From Chrysemys picta bellii (Eukaryota): a stretch of DNA of 64,000 nucleotides. This document shows positions 1 to 12,704 of the stretch, piece after piece. The translations under genes were made by a program, and so were the position numbers. Under the pieces are notes generated by a model. That model saw only the letters and a program-made list of their open reading frames with translations. It was not told the DNA's origin and did no database searches. The number at the start of each line of letters is the position of its first letter. The first letter of the stretch is position 1. The DNA is taken from contig NC_088794.1 in assembly GCF_011386835.1 (NCBI RefSeq), forward strand, positions 4,774,001 to 4,838,000, read 5' to 3'.

Positions 1-1299
1 TCATGAAACCACAATTGCAATGATATGGCCAGATCGAGCAGATACAGCAGCTATTAGAGACAATCAAACTATGCCATTGACATAGTATTCATTGGGAATG
101 TATCCCCTTTTTTCCTAAGCGAATCATTCATAAAAGCACTACTGATCTTCTTTGATCATATTCGTAACTCTTACGTCTACATGACAGTGTTCAGATGGGT
201 AATTTTCACTTCTGAGTTGTTCACAAACTGTTCGCTCGGACTTTTCTCTCTTTGTATTGAATTTGACATGTTGGTGGCCTGCCAATCCCTTCCTAACTCT
301 AAGTGGGGATTCCAGCTGTCTTCAGTAAACTCCCACTGTCCCAGTCGTGAATGGAAACAATGGAGGGGCTGCGGAAGCCTCTTGAAGCCCCTTTTAGGTC
401 AGAGGACAGAAGAGCTAAGCAAGGAAATGATCCATGTACTTGTTTGGAGACACTGGCCGTCGGTCATGGTGCTTTGTCAGGTCCACTGCGGCCTGACTGA
501 CTCACCCTGCCGAGCTGCCGTTTGTGGCTTCCAAGGTGTATGCTCTATAGCACAGGGAGGCCAATTCCTCACCCTGCTTTGCCCCTGGGTCCACTAATTG
601 AGCTGCCTCTGCAGAGCAAAGAACAGCACAGAGCCCTCAGTCATCCTTGCCTAGCGGCTCCGCTGGCCCTCCTTCTCTTGCTGTGCCTTGGTTTCCCCTC
701 TCTGAAAAGCAGGAGTGAATCCATTTCACTCTCCAACTCACCCATTGCTGACTCAGTTTCCCCCTTGTTGTCCCTCCCATCTAGTTAGCCCTGCCTCCTG
801 GCACTGTATTTGCAGGGTTGAGGGGCGCGGCCTGCTCACAGCCTGGTCATAGGGCAGCGCAGGGGCTGAAGAAACACTGGAGACTGAGGTATCAATATGG
901 CAGGAGCATGCCTAGCTTCAAAACTTCCATTGGGCAGCCCTGCATGAAATCCTATACTATATTCCCACAGGATGTGTCCAGTACTGTCAAAGATGAGGCT
1001 GGGGCCTTTCCAAAGGTGAAGGGGCCTGAGGTATGATACCCCAAACTGCTCCTAGGTCTGATGACCCATGCCTTGGTGGGGGTCTGTGTGTGCTAGCTCT
1101 GTGCCACTGGTGAGTGGCCCCATCAAATGGAAGAGGTGAGCACAGAATCCACATGTCCAAGATGGTGGGGAGGGTAAAGGAATCTGCTTCGCCTCCCGCT
1201 GAATAGACACAAGGCCCAGAGTGGTCCTTTGTGGCAGCCCTAAGTGAATAATCCACCCAAACCCCTATTTCTGCCGACTGAGCATGAGCTAAAAGCCAA

Positions 1300-1440
1300 C
1301 GAGCTGTGAAGTTACAGCAGAAATATTTAAAGTGAATCATAAAGAGTAGCATGTCATTGCCTTGAGTAATGAGTTCCCAGAGGCATTTCAAGGTGTCGCC
1401 ATTGGAAGCAACAGTGAAGAGGTAGCTAAGCCATATTGCT
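1300..1440 (-). promoter_or_regulatory. Putative OR promoter block (homeodomain + O/E-like composite), inverted paralog of 3985-4120
   Basis: TAATGAGTTCCCAGAGG at 1367-1383. Flanks (GTCATTGCCT..., GCTGTGAAGTTACAGCAGAAATATT) match the reverse complement of 3985-4120. Confidence 0.5.
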
Positions 1441-3139
1441 TTGGACACATCTTTCAGGCAAACGTTTGGTGCGTGTTGACAGTTAAGCCCAGATTTTTAG
1501 GCATTTCTCCACTCGGCATTACAAGGGCTAAGGGATTTAGGTACACTGCCTTTTCAGGTTCTAAGCAGCCTAAGTCAGACTGAGACTTAGGCATCTAAGT
1601 GTCTAAATCACTTTTGAAAATGGGATTCAGCAATCTAAGTCACTCCGGCCTTGTGATACGGAGTGGAACAGCATCTAAATACCTTTACAAATTCGGTCTT
1701 TAGTCCCTTTAGTGGTTCTGTGCCTCACACTTACAATTAGATGTTTTACCAACAGCTTGTGCTATAGGTTTGAGGCCTTTCTATCTGATACATGGTTCAT
1801 ATCTGGTTCATTCTATCGACACCTTCCTACATAACAAGACATTGCAGGAACTCCTGTGTCAAAATCTTCAGTTGTCTCCTAATGCTCCGGAAGGGGGATC
1901 TTGAGAAGAGTAGCAATGGAGAGTTAGCCCTCTAGGAAATGGTGGGCATGAACAGCCATCGCTCCTAACTAGAGCTGTGTAAATAGATTTTTCAGTTCAC
2001 TGGAAATTCCAAAGATAAACTGTGGGGGAGAGGAACTGTTTTGGGTTGAACCAAAACCAAGATTTTGGTAAATTGAAAAGATTTAAAAAAACGTTTAGTT
2101 TTGGGTCAAATGAAACATTTTGTTTGACCAATAATGAAACAGGTTGATTTGGTTTTGTGCAATTTTTAATAATTATTTTTATTTTTTTAATAAAATTAAA
2201 GGAAATGTTGAAACAAAAAGTCATTTTGAATCAAAAAAACTGAAATATATTTTTAGAAAAATCAAAACAAAATATTTATTTTTCTCTGAAATTTTTAAAA
2301 AGTTTCCCTCCCCCCCTTACCAAAACAATTCAGTGAAATCAACTCAAAGTATTTCAGTTTACCCGAATCTGCATTTTTTGCTGGTAAAAAGGTTTCCGTT
2401 TTAAAATGTCACCTCGCTCTAGTCCTAAACAATCACTTAAATAAGAGATTTAACAATATTCCGATTTCAGTTCTACGTGCTCATGCAGTAAAGTTACAGG
2501 CCTCAATCGTAACAATGCAAAGGCCCATGGAAGGAATGATTCACCAAGCTTTGCAGCAGAGACATTATACCAAAATCAACCAGTGAGAGCTCTGGGGAAG
2601 TGCATGCTCAAATGGGTCCTGCCACATTTTGTCACAACATGCTGCTTACATACCACGCCGTGACTGCTCTGGGCCTACAGCTGGAGCGAAGGGAGGACCC
2701 AGCATCTGTGGGAAGTCTACCACCACCAGTGGTGCTGTGTTCTTATGGTGAAAGCCAGTGAAAGGTTCCCATTGATTTCACTGGGACCTGGATCAAAGGC
2801 CACACAGATTTAAGAAGTGGCTGCCCTTTGTTCACCTGTGTAAGATATGTATTGGGAGTAACGATAAACAACCTCACCCACACCCTCACTTACCCACCGA
2901 CAGAACCAGTCCGGCATTGATGCATAATGAGAGACCTGTGACGTTAGCCTATCTGTAATGACACAAAACAAAGATGCTGACATCTCTCTCAGAGCAGGCA
3001 CATGGCAAAGCCAAACATATTCCTTTAATACAGTATTCACTGGGATTTAGACTCAGTTTTTGTTTAGGTACATAATGGTCCCACTACTGTTTTTGTAGCA
3101 GCCTCCATCTGTGACACCCAACACACCAAGGATTTAACT

Positions 3140-3700
3140 GGGGATCTCCGGAAGTAAAGGCAGGAGTTGGTAGAGCTTGAATTAAAGAGCAGAAGCGTCA
3201 GCACTTTGGCACGTAGGAAGGTCGGAGACGCACATTCACTAGTGGGCTACACTTTCACTGTGAATAGTATCAAGTGCCTATATGAGGTGGGAGGTCCCAG
3301 CACCAGTGATGCTGCTAGACTTCCCACGCTTTCCACAGCCGTGGCACCCCAGACTAAGCATAGGGCGGAATACAAGATAACATCCTGGAACGTAAGCACC
3401 AGTGGCCACATCACCAGGCATTTCCTCCGAACTCCCATCATCCTGTGCAGCCAGGGTGTCTTTGAGAACTGACGCTGCAGTGAAATCCCATTGCCCCAGT
3501 CTTGTCACAAGCCCTGGTCCTGTCACAGTTGAGTCACATTATCACGTAGAAGAGAAATCCAAACATTGTTCAATCCCATATATCAGTGATTAAGGGTGAT
3601 GCAAAAGTCACTGAAGTCAACCCGGCGATTTTCCATTGATTTTGTTGGGCATGAGTTCTCTTCGGTTAATGCCTGATCCAATGGCTGTTCACACACAGCA
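3140..3700 (+). repeat. Orphan duplicated block, copy 1 (paralog at 12705-13250)
   Basis: Colinear similarity (by eye ~75-80%) from GGATCTCC..AAGTAAAGGCAGGAG to TTTTCCATTGATTTTGTTGG, with a 52-bp identical core at 3411-3462. Confidence 0.85.
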
Positions 3701-3984
3701 GGTCCACAGAGCTTGTTGCCTTTTGCCCAAGTTCTCGAGGTCCCCTTTCTAAGCATAAGAGTGAAATGAGGAACTTGACACTGGATTTCCTGTGCCCTCT
3801 TGTTATGTAGGGGGCGCGAGTAGAAGGAACTGGATAATAGCAGGATCTCTAAGGCCACCACTTGGTGAAAATATGAGGAGGCGGGGGGGGGGGGGTTCCT
3901 ATTGAAAGATGGAGTTTGAAAACAATGAAAGGGACTAACTCTCAGCAGAGCTTTGGAAGTTTGCTTCAAATACATGTTTAAAGT

Positions 3985-4120
3985 TGTATAGGGGAGTGCT
4001 TCTTCAAAACTATTTCCAGTGGAGAAGCCGTGAAATGCCTCTGGGAGCTCATTAACCAGGCAATGACGCACTGCCACTACATATATATTTTGAATATTTC
4101 TGCTGTGACTTCACAGCAAA
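3985..4120 (+). promoter_or_regulatory. Putative promoter block upstream of the OR at 5752 (homeodomain + O/E-like composite)
   Basis: CCTCTGGGAGCTCATTA at 4038-4054 (= TAATGAGCTCCCAGAGG on the minus strand), ~1.7 kb upstream of the ATG. Conserved with 1300-1440. Confidence 0.5.
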
Positions 4121-4502
4121 GAGGGAGACAATTTTCCCCAAAGATCTTGTTGGGTCTTAGATTTTGCAGAGTGAGGGATGGAGATGGTCTTCGACCTGAG
4201 GCTTTGTGAGTTGGGAGAGTGGTTGATGTGAAAAGATTCCTGGGGGCTGCCTTGACCAAACCACTTCTCTAGTTCGCTAATTTGGTCTTCGCAAATTTGA
4301 CAGACAGCAAAGGACATCCTAAGACAGGGCTTGTAAAGACGGGTGTTAGGATGAAATTTACAAAGCAGAAAATCTATATAGTAGGGAGTAACTGATGATC
4401 TTGTAAATCACCCTCATCAACTGCTTACTGTTGTTCAGAGCCAAACACCTTTGCTACGGGAGCAGGTTAGAAGCAGGGGAAATAAAACCCATCACCATCC
4501 AG

Positions 4503-5707
4503 GTAAGTTTTGAGATCTGCAAATACAACCCATGTGAGTTTTCCAGCAAGGTTGAGTATTTTATGCTGTTCTTTTCCTGCTTAGCTCTACCAATGTAAAA
4601 GAAAAAGAAAACACTTTATTCCGACTGACTCCAATTTAATTCCCCCCCTCCATCAATCGGTCTCCAACTAATTCACCTAAAGTACGATGAATGACTCTAA
4701 AATCTTCATTATAAACTTCCCTCTTGAAAAATCTTCATATTATTTTTATTTGTTATTTTAATTTTAGTTTTGAAATCTATAAAATAGGTTTATTAGATGC
4801 TAGTCCATAAGCAATGACCACCCGCCACACCATATTTAATCCATTCCTGTTTATGACCACTCATAAATACTTCCTTTTGAACACAGAAAATTTAATTCAG
4901 TCACCTCAAATCAAATGATAACACATATAGGGTCAGGCTCACTAGTAGGCTTCAGCTGCTTTCCACCACTCTGGTGACATAGTTAACCGGTCAATCAAAC
5001 AGTGTTTATGGCTACTTTGCGTTTTTGGAGCAGCATAAGTAATCTAAAGTATATCTGTGAGTCCTGCTGATAAATTACTGTTTCAGTTCTTGTTTCAGTA
5101 GGGTTTTGTGCAAAGCTGGTCAAAATTCTCCACTGAAATCATTTTTTTCCAATTAAAATGGCTTTTCAACTAAATATAAATTTTGTGAAATAATTTTGTG
5201 ATGAAAATAATCAGAGACCAGTTTTCAATCATTGGTTACTTAACGAGGTAACTCAGTTTCATGTTTGCATGCACAAATCAATATTTTTGAGCATTTATGT
5301 GCCCAAATGCAAAGGGAAGCGATGTGGTTATCCTTGGCTGAAAAATGGGATTTCTGAAGGGTGTTTAACAATGCAATAAGAATAAAATAGAATGCGTATT
5401 ATGGAAGGGCTGATTGCAAAGCATAGTTAAGGTTAAATTTTTCACTTACAGTTAAAGTCTTTGATGATTCACTATGGGGGAAGAATAGAATGAATCATCT
5501 TCAGAGTTTCCACTCTAATTATTTTGAGTATATACTGTTCATGGCAATATGTAACTCAAGCCAATTTCCTCTAGTTTCTTGAGTTACATATTGCTCATTT
5601 TTTATTTTTGGACAAAGTCTACCACTTCAGTCACTGCATCTTGACATTCACCTGGTCACCGGTCAATATCTGTTGATTATTCCTATCCTTGTTTTGTGTC
5701 ACGGCAG
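4503..5707 (+). other. Predicted 5'UTR intron of the OR at 5752
   Basis: Consensus donor CAG|GTAAGT at 4500-4508. Pyrimidine-rich acceptor ...CCTTGTTTTGTGTCACGGCAG| ends at 5707, 44 nt before the ATG. OR genes typically have non-coding 5' exons. Confidence 0.45.
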
Positions 5708-5751
5708 GTGGATTAGCGGTATTCTATATACCCATTATTTAAACTGAGTAC

Positions 5752-6681
5752 ATGGACCCCACGCAGAATGTGACTGAATTCATCCTTTTGGGACTTTGCC
5801 ACAATGAGATGTTACAGCCAGTGTGTTTTGTGTTCTTTGTACTCCTCTATATCGCGACTGTGCTGGGAAATCTTCTCATCATTGTCACTGTTAAGAGCAG
5901 CCAGTATCTGAAGTCTCCCATGTATTTCTTCCTCAGTTATCTGTCCTTTGTAGACATGTGCCTTTCCTCTGTCACAGCTCCAAAACTGATTGCAGACTTT
6001 TTTGTGGAGAGGAAAACCATCTCCTTTGATGGCTGCATAGCACAGCTGTTTGTGGTCCATTTCTTTGGGTGCACTGAAATCTTCCTCCTCACAGTGATGG
6101 CGTACGATCGTTACATTGCAATCTGCAAACCCCTCCATTACACAACCATAATGACTGGGTGTGTTTGTGGCTCCCTTGTGATGGCTTCATGGGTGGGTGG
6201 CTTTGTGCATTCCATCGTTCAGACTCTCCTGACCATCCAGTTACCCTTCTGCGGGCCCAACGAGATTGACCACTATTTCTGCGATGTGCACCCTTTGCTG
6301 AAACTGGCCTGCACTGACACTTACCTTGTTGGCGTCATGGTCATTGCCAATACCGGGATGATTTCTCTGACCTGTTTTGTTGTGCTGGTTGTGTCCTATG
6401 TCATCATCTTAGTCTCCTTGAGAACTCGCTCCTCCGAAGGTCGTCGCAAAGCTCTTTCCACCTGTGCCTCCCATATTGCTGTAGTGATTATATTTTTCGG
6501 GCCATGTATCTTCATGTATTTAAGACCTTCCACCACCTTCTCGGAGGATAAGATGGTCACCGTGTTCTACACCATTATCACTCCAGTGCTGAATCCCTTG
6601 ATCTACACCCTGCGCAATAAGGAGGTGAAAAATGCCATGAGAAAATTAGGGAGCAGAAAAGTGACTTTAGGGGTGAAATGA
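5752..6681 (+). CDS. Olfactory receptor, class II, family-4-like, intact (309 aa)
   Basis: OR motifs: [67 protein letters not shown]. Confidence 0.97.
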   Translation: MDPTQNVTEFILLGLCHNEMLQPVCFVFFVLLYIATVLGNLLIIVTVKSSQYLKSPMYFFLSYLSFVDMCLSSVTAPKLIADFFVERKTISFDGCIAQLFVVHFFGCTEIFLLTVMAYDRYIAICKPLHYTTIMTGCVCGSLVMASWVGGFVHSIVQTLLTIQLPFCGPNEIDHYFCDVHPLLKLACTDTYLVGVMVIANTGMISLTCFVVLVVSYVIILVSLRTRSSEGRRKALSTCASHIAVVIIFFGPCIFMYLRPSTTFSEDKMVTVFYTIITPVLNPLIYTLRNKEVKNAMRKLGSRKVTLGVK

Positions 6682-6847
6682 AAAATGTGATGTGTGGAAT
6701 GATGGTAGTTCTGCCAAGTAACGCTATTCAGCAGGAATTTTAGAGAAAAGAGATTTTAATATCACAGGTGTTCAGTTTTTCTGTGAAAATTCCCAATGAT
6801 TTTCTCTGAATCCTGCTATGTGTAGCCTATAGGATTAACCTGCTTGC

Positions 6848-6848
<1 letters not shown>

Positions 6849-6916
<68 letters not shown>
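6849..6916 (+). repeat. (TATC)17 microsatellite
   Basis: Direct reading. Confidence 0.97.
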
Positions 6917-6919
<3 letters not shown>

Positions 6920-6992
6920 ATTATTTTTCTTATAGTTTAAGTATTTGGTTTATTGTACTAGGTTTATAGATTTATATTTAAGTAAGTTTGGC

Positions 6993-7935
6993 TGTAATGC
7001 AAGAGACCTACAGGCCATATCCTGTATGTTAAGCTAAGGCAAAGTTAGCATATCCGTATTAAGACCTTTTACCCAGAAAACAAAGTTGATCTACATCTTG
7101 TTACCTAAATAGCTAAGACCTTTTATCTGGACCAATAGACAATGGAGAATGACATAGGGGTTTTTTCAATTTGTACCCACAGACTTAACAGGTACACCAC
7201 AAGGAAAGAACTGAAATGACAAAATAATATATGTGTGTAGGTACATGTCATCCATACACACATACATACTAGCCTATGGAGTAAGTGTACCCGAACATTT
7301 TGTGGGTGAGGAATGAAATTTGGGCATAGGAGGAAGGATAAAAGAGGTGACCCATCTCACTATAGTATTCTATTTCTAGTCTATCTCTATTCCTATTCCT
7401 ATTCCGCTTCTATTCTATTCTATCTCTCTACTACGACTACTACTGTTAGTAGGCTGTACTTGTTCTTCTTAATTTTCTAAGTTTCAAGGGAACTAGGCTA
7501 AATCTGGTTTCCTTAAACTTTTATTCTTAGTTTGTTTATTAGGTTTTATGTTTAAGTGTAAGTTAGTCAAGTAAACACTAAGTTAGCTTTGACAGCTCTG
7601 AGCATTAGTTTCTTCTAAGCACTGCATCTCTCACTCAAGAATGGGAAACCCGAACCGCAAGGCTGGTCCTGTGTCTCTTACCACCAGGTTATCAAGGAAG
7701 GATGTGAGCATATTAACCAAAGCTTCGTAGCCTATAATACTATCTTTTGAATAGCAGTAATGCAATTGTAACTTTGTATTTTACCATTTACTTACTAGTT
7801 CATTGATTTTAATAAAAAGTCTTTACAATTATATCTGTGAGTTTCCCGTCATACCCCCAAGGGTCCTTTGTAAATTGTGTGGAGCCTGATTCGGGACAAG
7901 AACTTTTATCTTCTGATCAAACAGATTGGCGAGCC
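6993..7935 (+). mobile_element. ERV-like LTR (6993-7923) followed by a truncated primer-binding site
   Basis: Starts TGTAATG and ends ...AAACA. AATAAA near 7812. Followed after 3 nt by TGGCGAGCC (7927-7935), the first 9 nt of a tRNA-Arg(ACG)-type PBS. Confidence 0.65.
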
Positions 7936-8204
7936 TAAGACCCATACTGATTAATATTACTAATCAATTATTAATAATAATATTAATCAAATTGAAATAG
8001 AATTAAATTGATAACTTAAATTAATATTATTAGTATACCCTAAATCAGGCTACATATTGCCATTCTACTTTGATGTGAATGCTTGCAACATTTACGGCTC
8101 AGTGAAAAGTGGAAACTTTTCCAGTTCTTTGTTCAATTTTATACCTAATTTCAGTTAGATTATTTATGATCATTATTGTAGTCCCAGTAGCACTGGAACA
8201 GTAT

Positions 8205-8460
8205 GACCCAGTGATAGCCCTGACTGCGGCTCTGAAGTGACGGGGTACTAGTCTTGGTTCTGTTACATTCTGAATTTGGGTCAGTCACTTCCTTTCTCTG
8301 GACCTCTGCTTCCCTCCCATGTTTTGCCATTTTAGACTGTAACCTCTTCAGGGCAGGGACTGTCTTTTACTATGTTTGTACAGCACCAAGCACGTGGAGT
8401 CCCAGTTTCAGTTGAGGCCACTAGGCAATGCTGCAATACTACTAATAGTAATAATTTTGC
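8205..8460 (+). mobile_element. MIR-like (turtle-type CORE) SINE
   Basis: Core AGTCACTTCCTTTCTCTGGACCTCTGCTTCCC, 3' tail CAGGGCAGGGACTGTC...GTACAGCACC, and a TAATA-rich end. Confidence 0.7.
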
Positions 8461-10619
8461 ATTATGTTCTCATGAACATGTAGGCATGAGGATCTCTATG
8501 AGGATCTGTTAAATGCAAATGTATATATATATAAAACTGTGTGAATCCTTTTGAGCGTCTCATGTGTCCTTTTTTTGTTATGTCCCTTTGCAAACAATTA
8601 TCATTATGAGTGAGGAAGAAACAAAGCTTATTGCATTTTAGGGGTAGTATGCAGAATTCAGAACCATCTAGCTTTGCGTTTAAGTACAATGCAATTTATG
8701 TCATGTCAGGGTAGTACATTTTAATTAAGCTGCCCACAGATGGTTGTGCAATATGGGTCTCTCTGGAATTAGAGCTATTTTGGACAGAGTCATGGAAGAG
8801 GGTTTTTTCGACCCATCTGAAAAGAGAAGGTTTGTGAGTGACAATGGTTAAGACATTTGAAATCTGGTGCATGACCCACAATGAACAACTCCACCCTCAT
8901 GTGAACACAACGATCCAACAAAAAGAACAACAGCCCTGGTGATGAGATGCTCATTCAGTTCAGATTTGCTTCCATTAGTTACATTGATGCTACTTACCCT
9001 CCTAAACAAGCTACATTCAATTTGAGACATTAACACTCCTCCTCAAAATCAATAGATTCCTGCAAACTTTCTGAATGTGACCACCAGAACTTCAGAGCAC
9101 TCAAAGCAGAGCATACCTCCAGTTGTGAGAATATGAGAGTCCTCTAAAACAAATCTATATCTTCCAGTAAGAGACCAACCCCTTTCTAGCAGCTGTTCCC
9201 TCCCTCTGCTCCCATATTATACACATGCAGAAAGATCATCTTTTTAGAATACGAGTCATCCAGGCCACCCAAGAGAGCTGCCCCACTTGGATACCATGGT
9301 TAGCAATCTCCAGAGAAGGAGCAAGACTGAACTTTTTCACCCTTGTGCTTGTCTCTCATGGACAAGGCTAACACCAACAGGTCAAGGAGCAAGGAGCTGT
9401 ATTGTGATGACTAGATATTTCATTCACCCAACAAAACAGTTGGTAGAAGGCAATGGTATTTGGTTAATGTTGACTTAGGATGGTTTGAGATGGGTGGGAA
9501 AGGACCTCCTAGCTTATCACCTCCTCCACCTGTGGGTTCCTGCCTCTTAGAATTTGCCCCACAGTAGAAAAGAGTCATGTCCCAGAAGTCCTGATACTGC
9601 GTTATGAGGTCACATCAGCATGTGATGGTATTATATCATAAGAACAGCTTGGTAAAACACTTGTTGATTCAACATGAAGATAACATGTCATCACACCATG
9701 ATGCTGGTTTACGATACCCAAAACAATCTTAAAGCTATTTAACTGGACCTCACCCCCAGCACCCGGGCAAGCAGAAACCAGGCAACCTGAGGAAATGTAA
9801 TGGAATGTATGGGACAGGTGGTAATGTCACCATCTCAGCTATTTATTAAAGTCCCCTTTGGAGATGAATCTTTACATAGCTCTTGAGGAAGTTGAGATAA
9901 AATACAATCTTCAGGGGAACTTTTAGGGAGCACACCAGACCCAGTCTGTAACTTGGGAGAAACTATACACAGAATTTCATTGGGGGGGTGGGGTGATTGC
10001 TGTGGAGGTAGCATAGAGGTTACAGCTACTGTTCCCCCTTTTCCTTCATATTTCCTCACAACCCTCTTTCCCTAACTACCTCTTGGAAGTCATGGCTGAA
10101 TCCCCTTCCTCTCCCCACGTCTCTGGATGGTTGGTAAATTGGAGTAGGATGGGTGGGTGAAATGGGGTCTTCCTCACTCCCTGATATGTGACTGGGCATG
10201 ACAGTTTGCTCTCTCTCCCTTCTTTTGGCTTGCTCTGCTCAACAGCTCCTTGAAAATGTTCTGAAGAATTACTGTCTTGAGTATCAGTGAGAGCCTGTAA
10301 AATGTCTAAATCCTTGAGCACTGGCTGCAGATTTGGGGTCAAAATACTAATAACTCAGTGACATAAAGTGTTTGTGTATTTTGAACTCCTAATTATTGTA
10401 CCATAGTGCTTAGTGAGCCATTACCTTGGTGAACAACTATAGTGCTGCCCAGAGGAATCAAGCATTGGGCAAGTCCCCAACAGGTATAAATTGGCATATC
10501 TCTGTTGAAGTTAGTCAGTGAACCAGATCCCAACTGGTGTCTGGAGTTGTTCGGAATCTAGACAGCCATGCCAACTTCTACCAGCTATGGATTTGGTCCT
10601 ATTAACTTTTAAAGTGACA

Positions 10620-12150
10620 GGACATTAGATCCAAAAATAAATTCTTTTGCTTCCTGTTCCCACTGCTTGTAACTATGATCACAGACTCGCCACGAAATCT
10701 GTTAACAATTCTTGGAGTGGGTTCCCTTGAGTATAATTAAAAGTTGGTTTTAAGGGGGTCCTGGTGCAATGCAACATTTGAATAAGTCACAGCAACAAAT
10801 CCAATTCCAGTTTTTAGCTAAATAAACCTTAAATGTTTGCCACCTAGAACTAGGCTGATGCAATATAAAATGTTATTGCTTTGCAAATGCTGCTGGAATC
10901 AGAATTTGGACCCCAGGTGCATGAATTTCACATAACTTACTTTAACTATTTCTCCTTCAACTTCCTCCCGAGGAGATCAATGACTGCCAGAAGAAGAGAG
11001 TGACCTGGTCAGAGAGATAGGGAAGGAAGCTACTCACTTAGGTCAAGGTCTGCCAGCAAGGACAGAAATAGCCATTGGTCCATTCTGAGCCCAGAAGGGC
11101 CTTGGTATGAAAATTTAACTCGGTGCTGACAGGGTTAAATACCCTCCACAGATCCTTAAGCACATCATTAGTGACCTCTAGATTGCATAGAGGGACCCTA
11201 AGAATGGGTCTCATTTCTGGCCCGGGGGTGAGGTTTGAACATCATCCGGCCACAAACTCTTTACTGTACCAATTGGCCAATGCCACACTTCAAATAGCCT
11301 GTAGGAACCAGGCTTCCTTGTAGGTTCTTAAGCTGATTGCACCTGGAAGACTTTAATTCAGGACCAGGTTAAAGTAGCAGAAATTAAAAAAAAAAACACC
11401 TCAGAAAGCATTGACAATGAAGCCAATGTAACCGTCCCACCTGCCTGTCTCTCTGTCAGTCTATCTGTGAATCTCTAATGCATCCTTCATCTAGCCCTAA
11501 ATAGAAGGATGCGCTGATATATAATTAGTCTTCCTCTAGGACTGTAGCCTTTGCTCCTTCCACTGATAAGCCATATTTCTGAGAGTTTGTTTCCCTTTAC
11601 TTTTTCTTTTCTTACAAAGAAATTAAAGCACAAAGGGTCAGATTTTGAAAGGTACTTAGGCGCCTAAGTCACGTTAATTGTCAATACCCTTAAAAATCTG
11701 GCCCTAAATCCATTGACGTTAATAGGTATCTTCCTATCGACTTCAGTGGGCATTTGACTGGGACCCTAGTGCTGGCTCAGTCCAATTAAACTCTCCCCTT
11801 TGAGGAACATGTTTCCCATTCTCCATTCATGTTTTGTGGTTGTTCTGTATTTAAAATGAGTTGAGGCTAGAGAGAGGGGTTGGACTGACAGAGCTGGAGA
11901 GTGAATGTTCTACAGTTATTGCCAGAACAGGTGCCCACCATGCAGACAAATTCCCCTGAAATGTGTCTCAGCCATGACTATGCAAGACCCCACCCCTGAC
12001 AGCTACTATCGGACTGGGGAATTCAGCCCCCATGATTCAGGGGGGACACCTGGTGCCAATTGTGATGGTGGTTTTTGCTTAGCTGACAGTCAGGAACTAT
12101 ACTGAGAACCCACCAACTCATTTCACATGTGCGCCTGAAGAGCCAACAGG
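10620..12150 (+). repeat. Gene-less segmental duplication, copy 1 (paralog 13720-15200)
   Basis: Colinear shared anchors: TTCTTTTGCTTCCTGTTC, ATGACTGCCAGAA, CATTCTGAGC, CATTAGTGACCTC, AATTAAAGCACAAAGGG, GGGACCCTAGTGCTG, CCAGAACAGGTGCCCACCA, CACCAACTCATT. Confidence 0.85.
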
Positions 12151-12704
12151 TTGTAACAGTCCTGGGCAAGTCCTATGGGAATATACTGGAGGAGTTAATG
12201 CAGGGCTGACCAATGGGCATTTGGAAGCTAGGCCAATACCTGCTTCTGCTGCTGGCCTGGTGTTGCCAGAGTCCCTGTTATTTCTTTTATCATTTAAACA
12301 TATTCTTCAGAATTACAAATATCATCAAAGAAAATCAGGGTTGCATTCACGAATGATTCGCTCGGCAAAAAAGGGGAAATTTCCCAAGGATCACTGTCAC
12401 CGTTTGATCATGTTTACTGGCTTCTCTTGTGTGCTAGTTCTTGCAGTATTGTCACAATTGTGGTTTTTTGACTCAACACCTTGTTGCCATAGGAGTGATT
12501 AACGTCACTCATCTCTCATAATGGACAAATACGTGGAATACTGTGTAAGTAGAAGAGAGGGTACCAAGCCTTATTTCCTGCTCCCCATGTACAGATATTG
12601 CAAAGGCAGATGAAGGAAAAATATAGTCTATATCCTTGACCACCTGGTTCCAATCCTGCCTTCGTGACAGCTTCCATCTGGACTGACACATGAAGAGTTT
12701 AATC

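Noticed and set aside
1995-2410. AT-rich ORFs 1997-2224 and 2144-2404 (similar at 18398-18656)
   Set aside because: They come from T/A-run-rich degenerate repeat DNA that recurs in the window, and are not protein-like.
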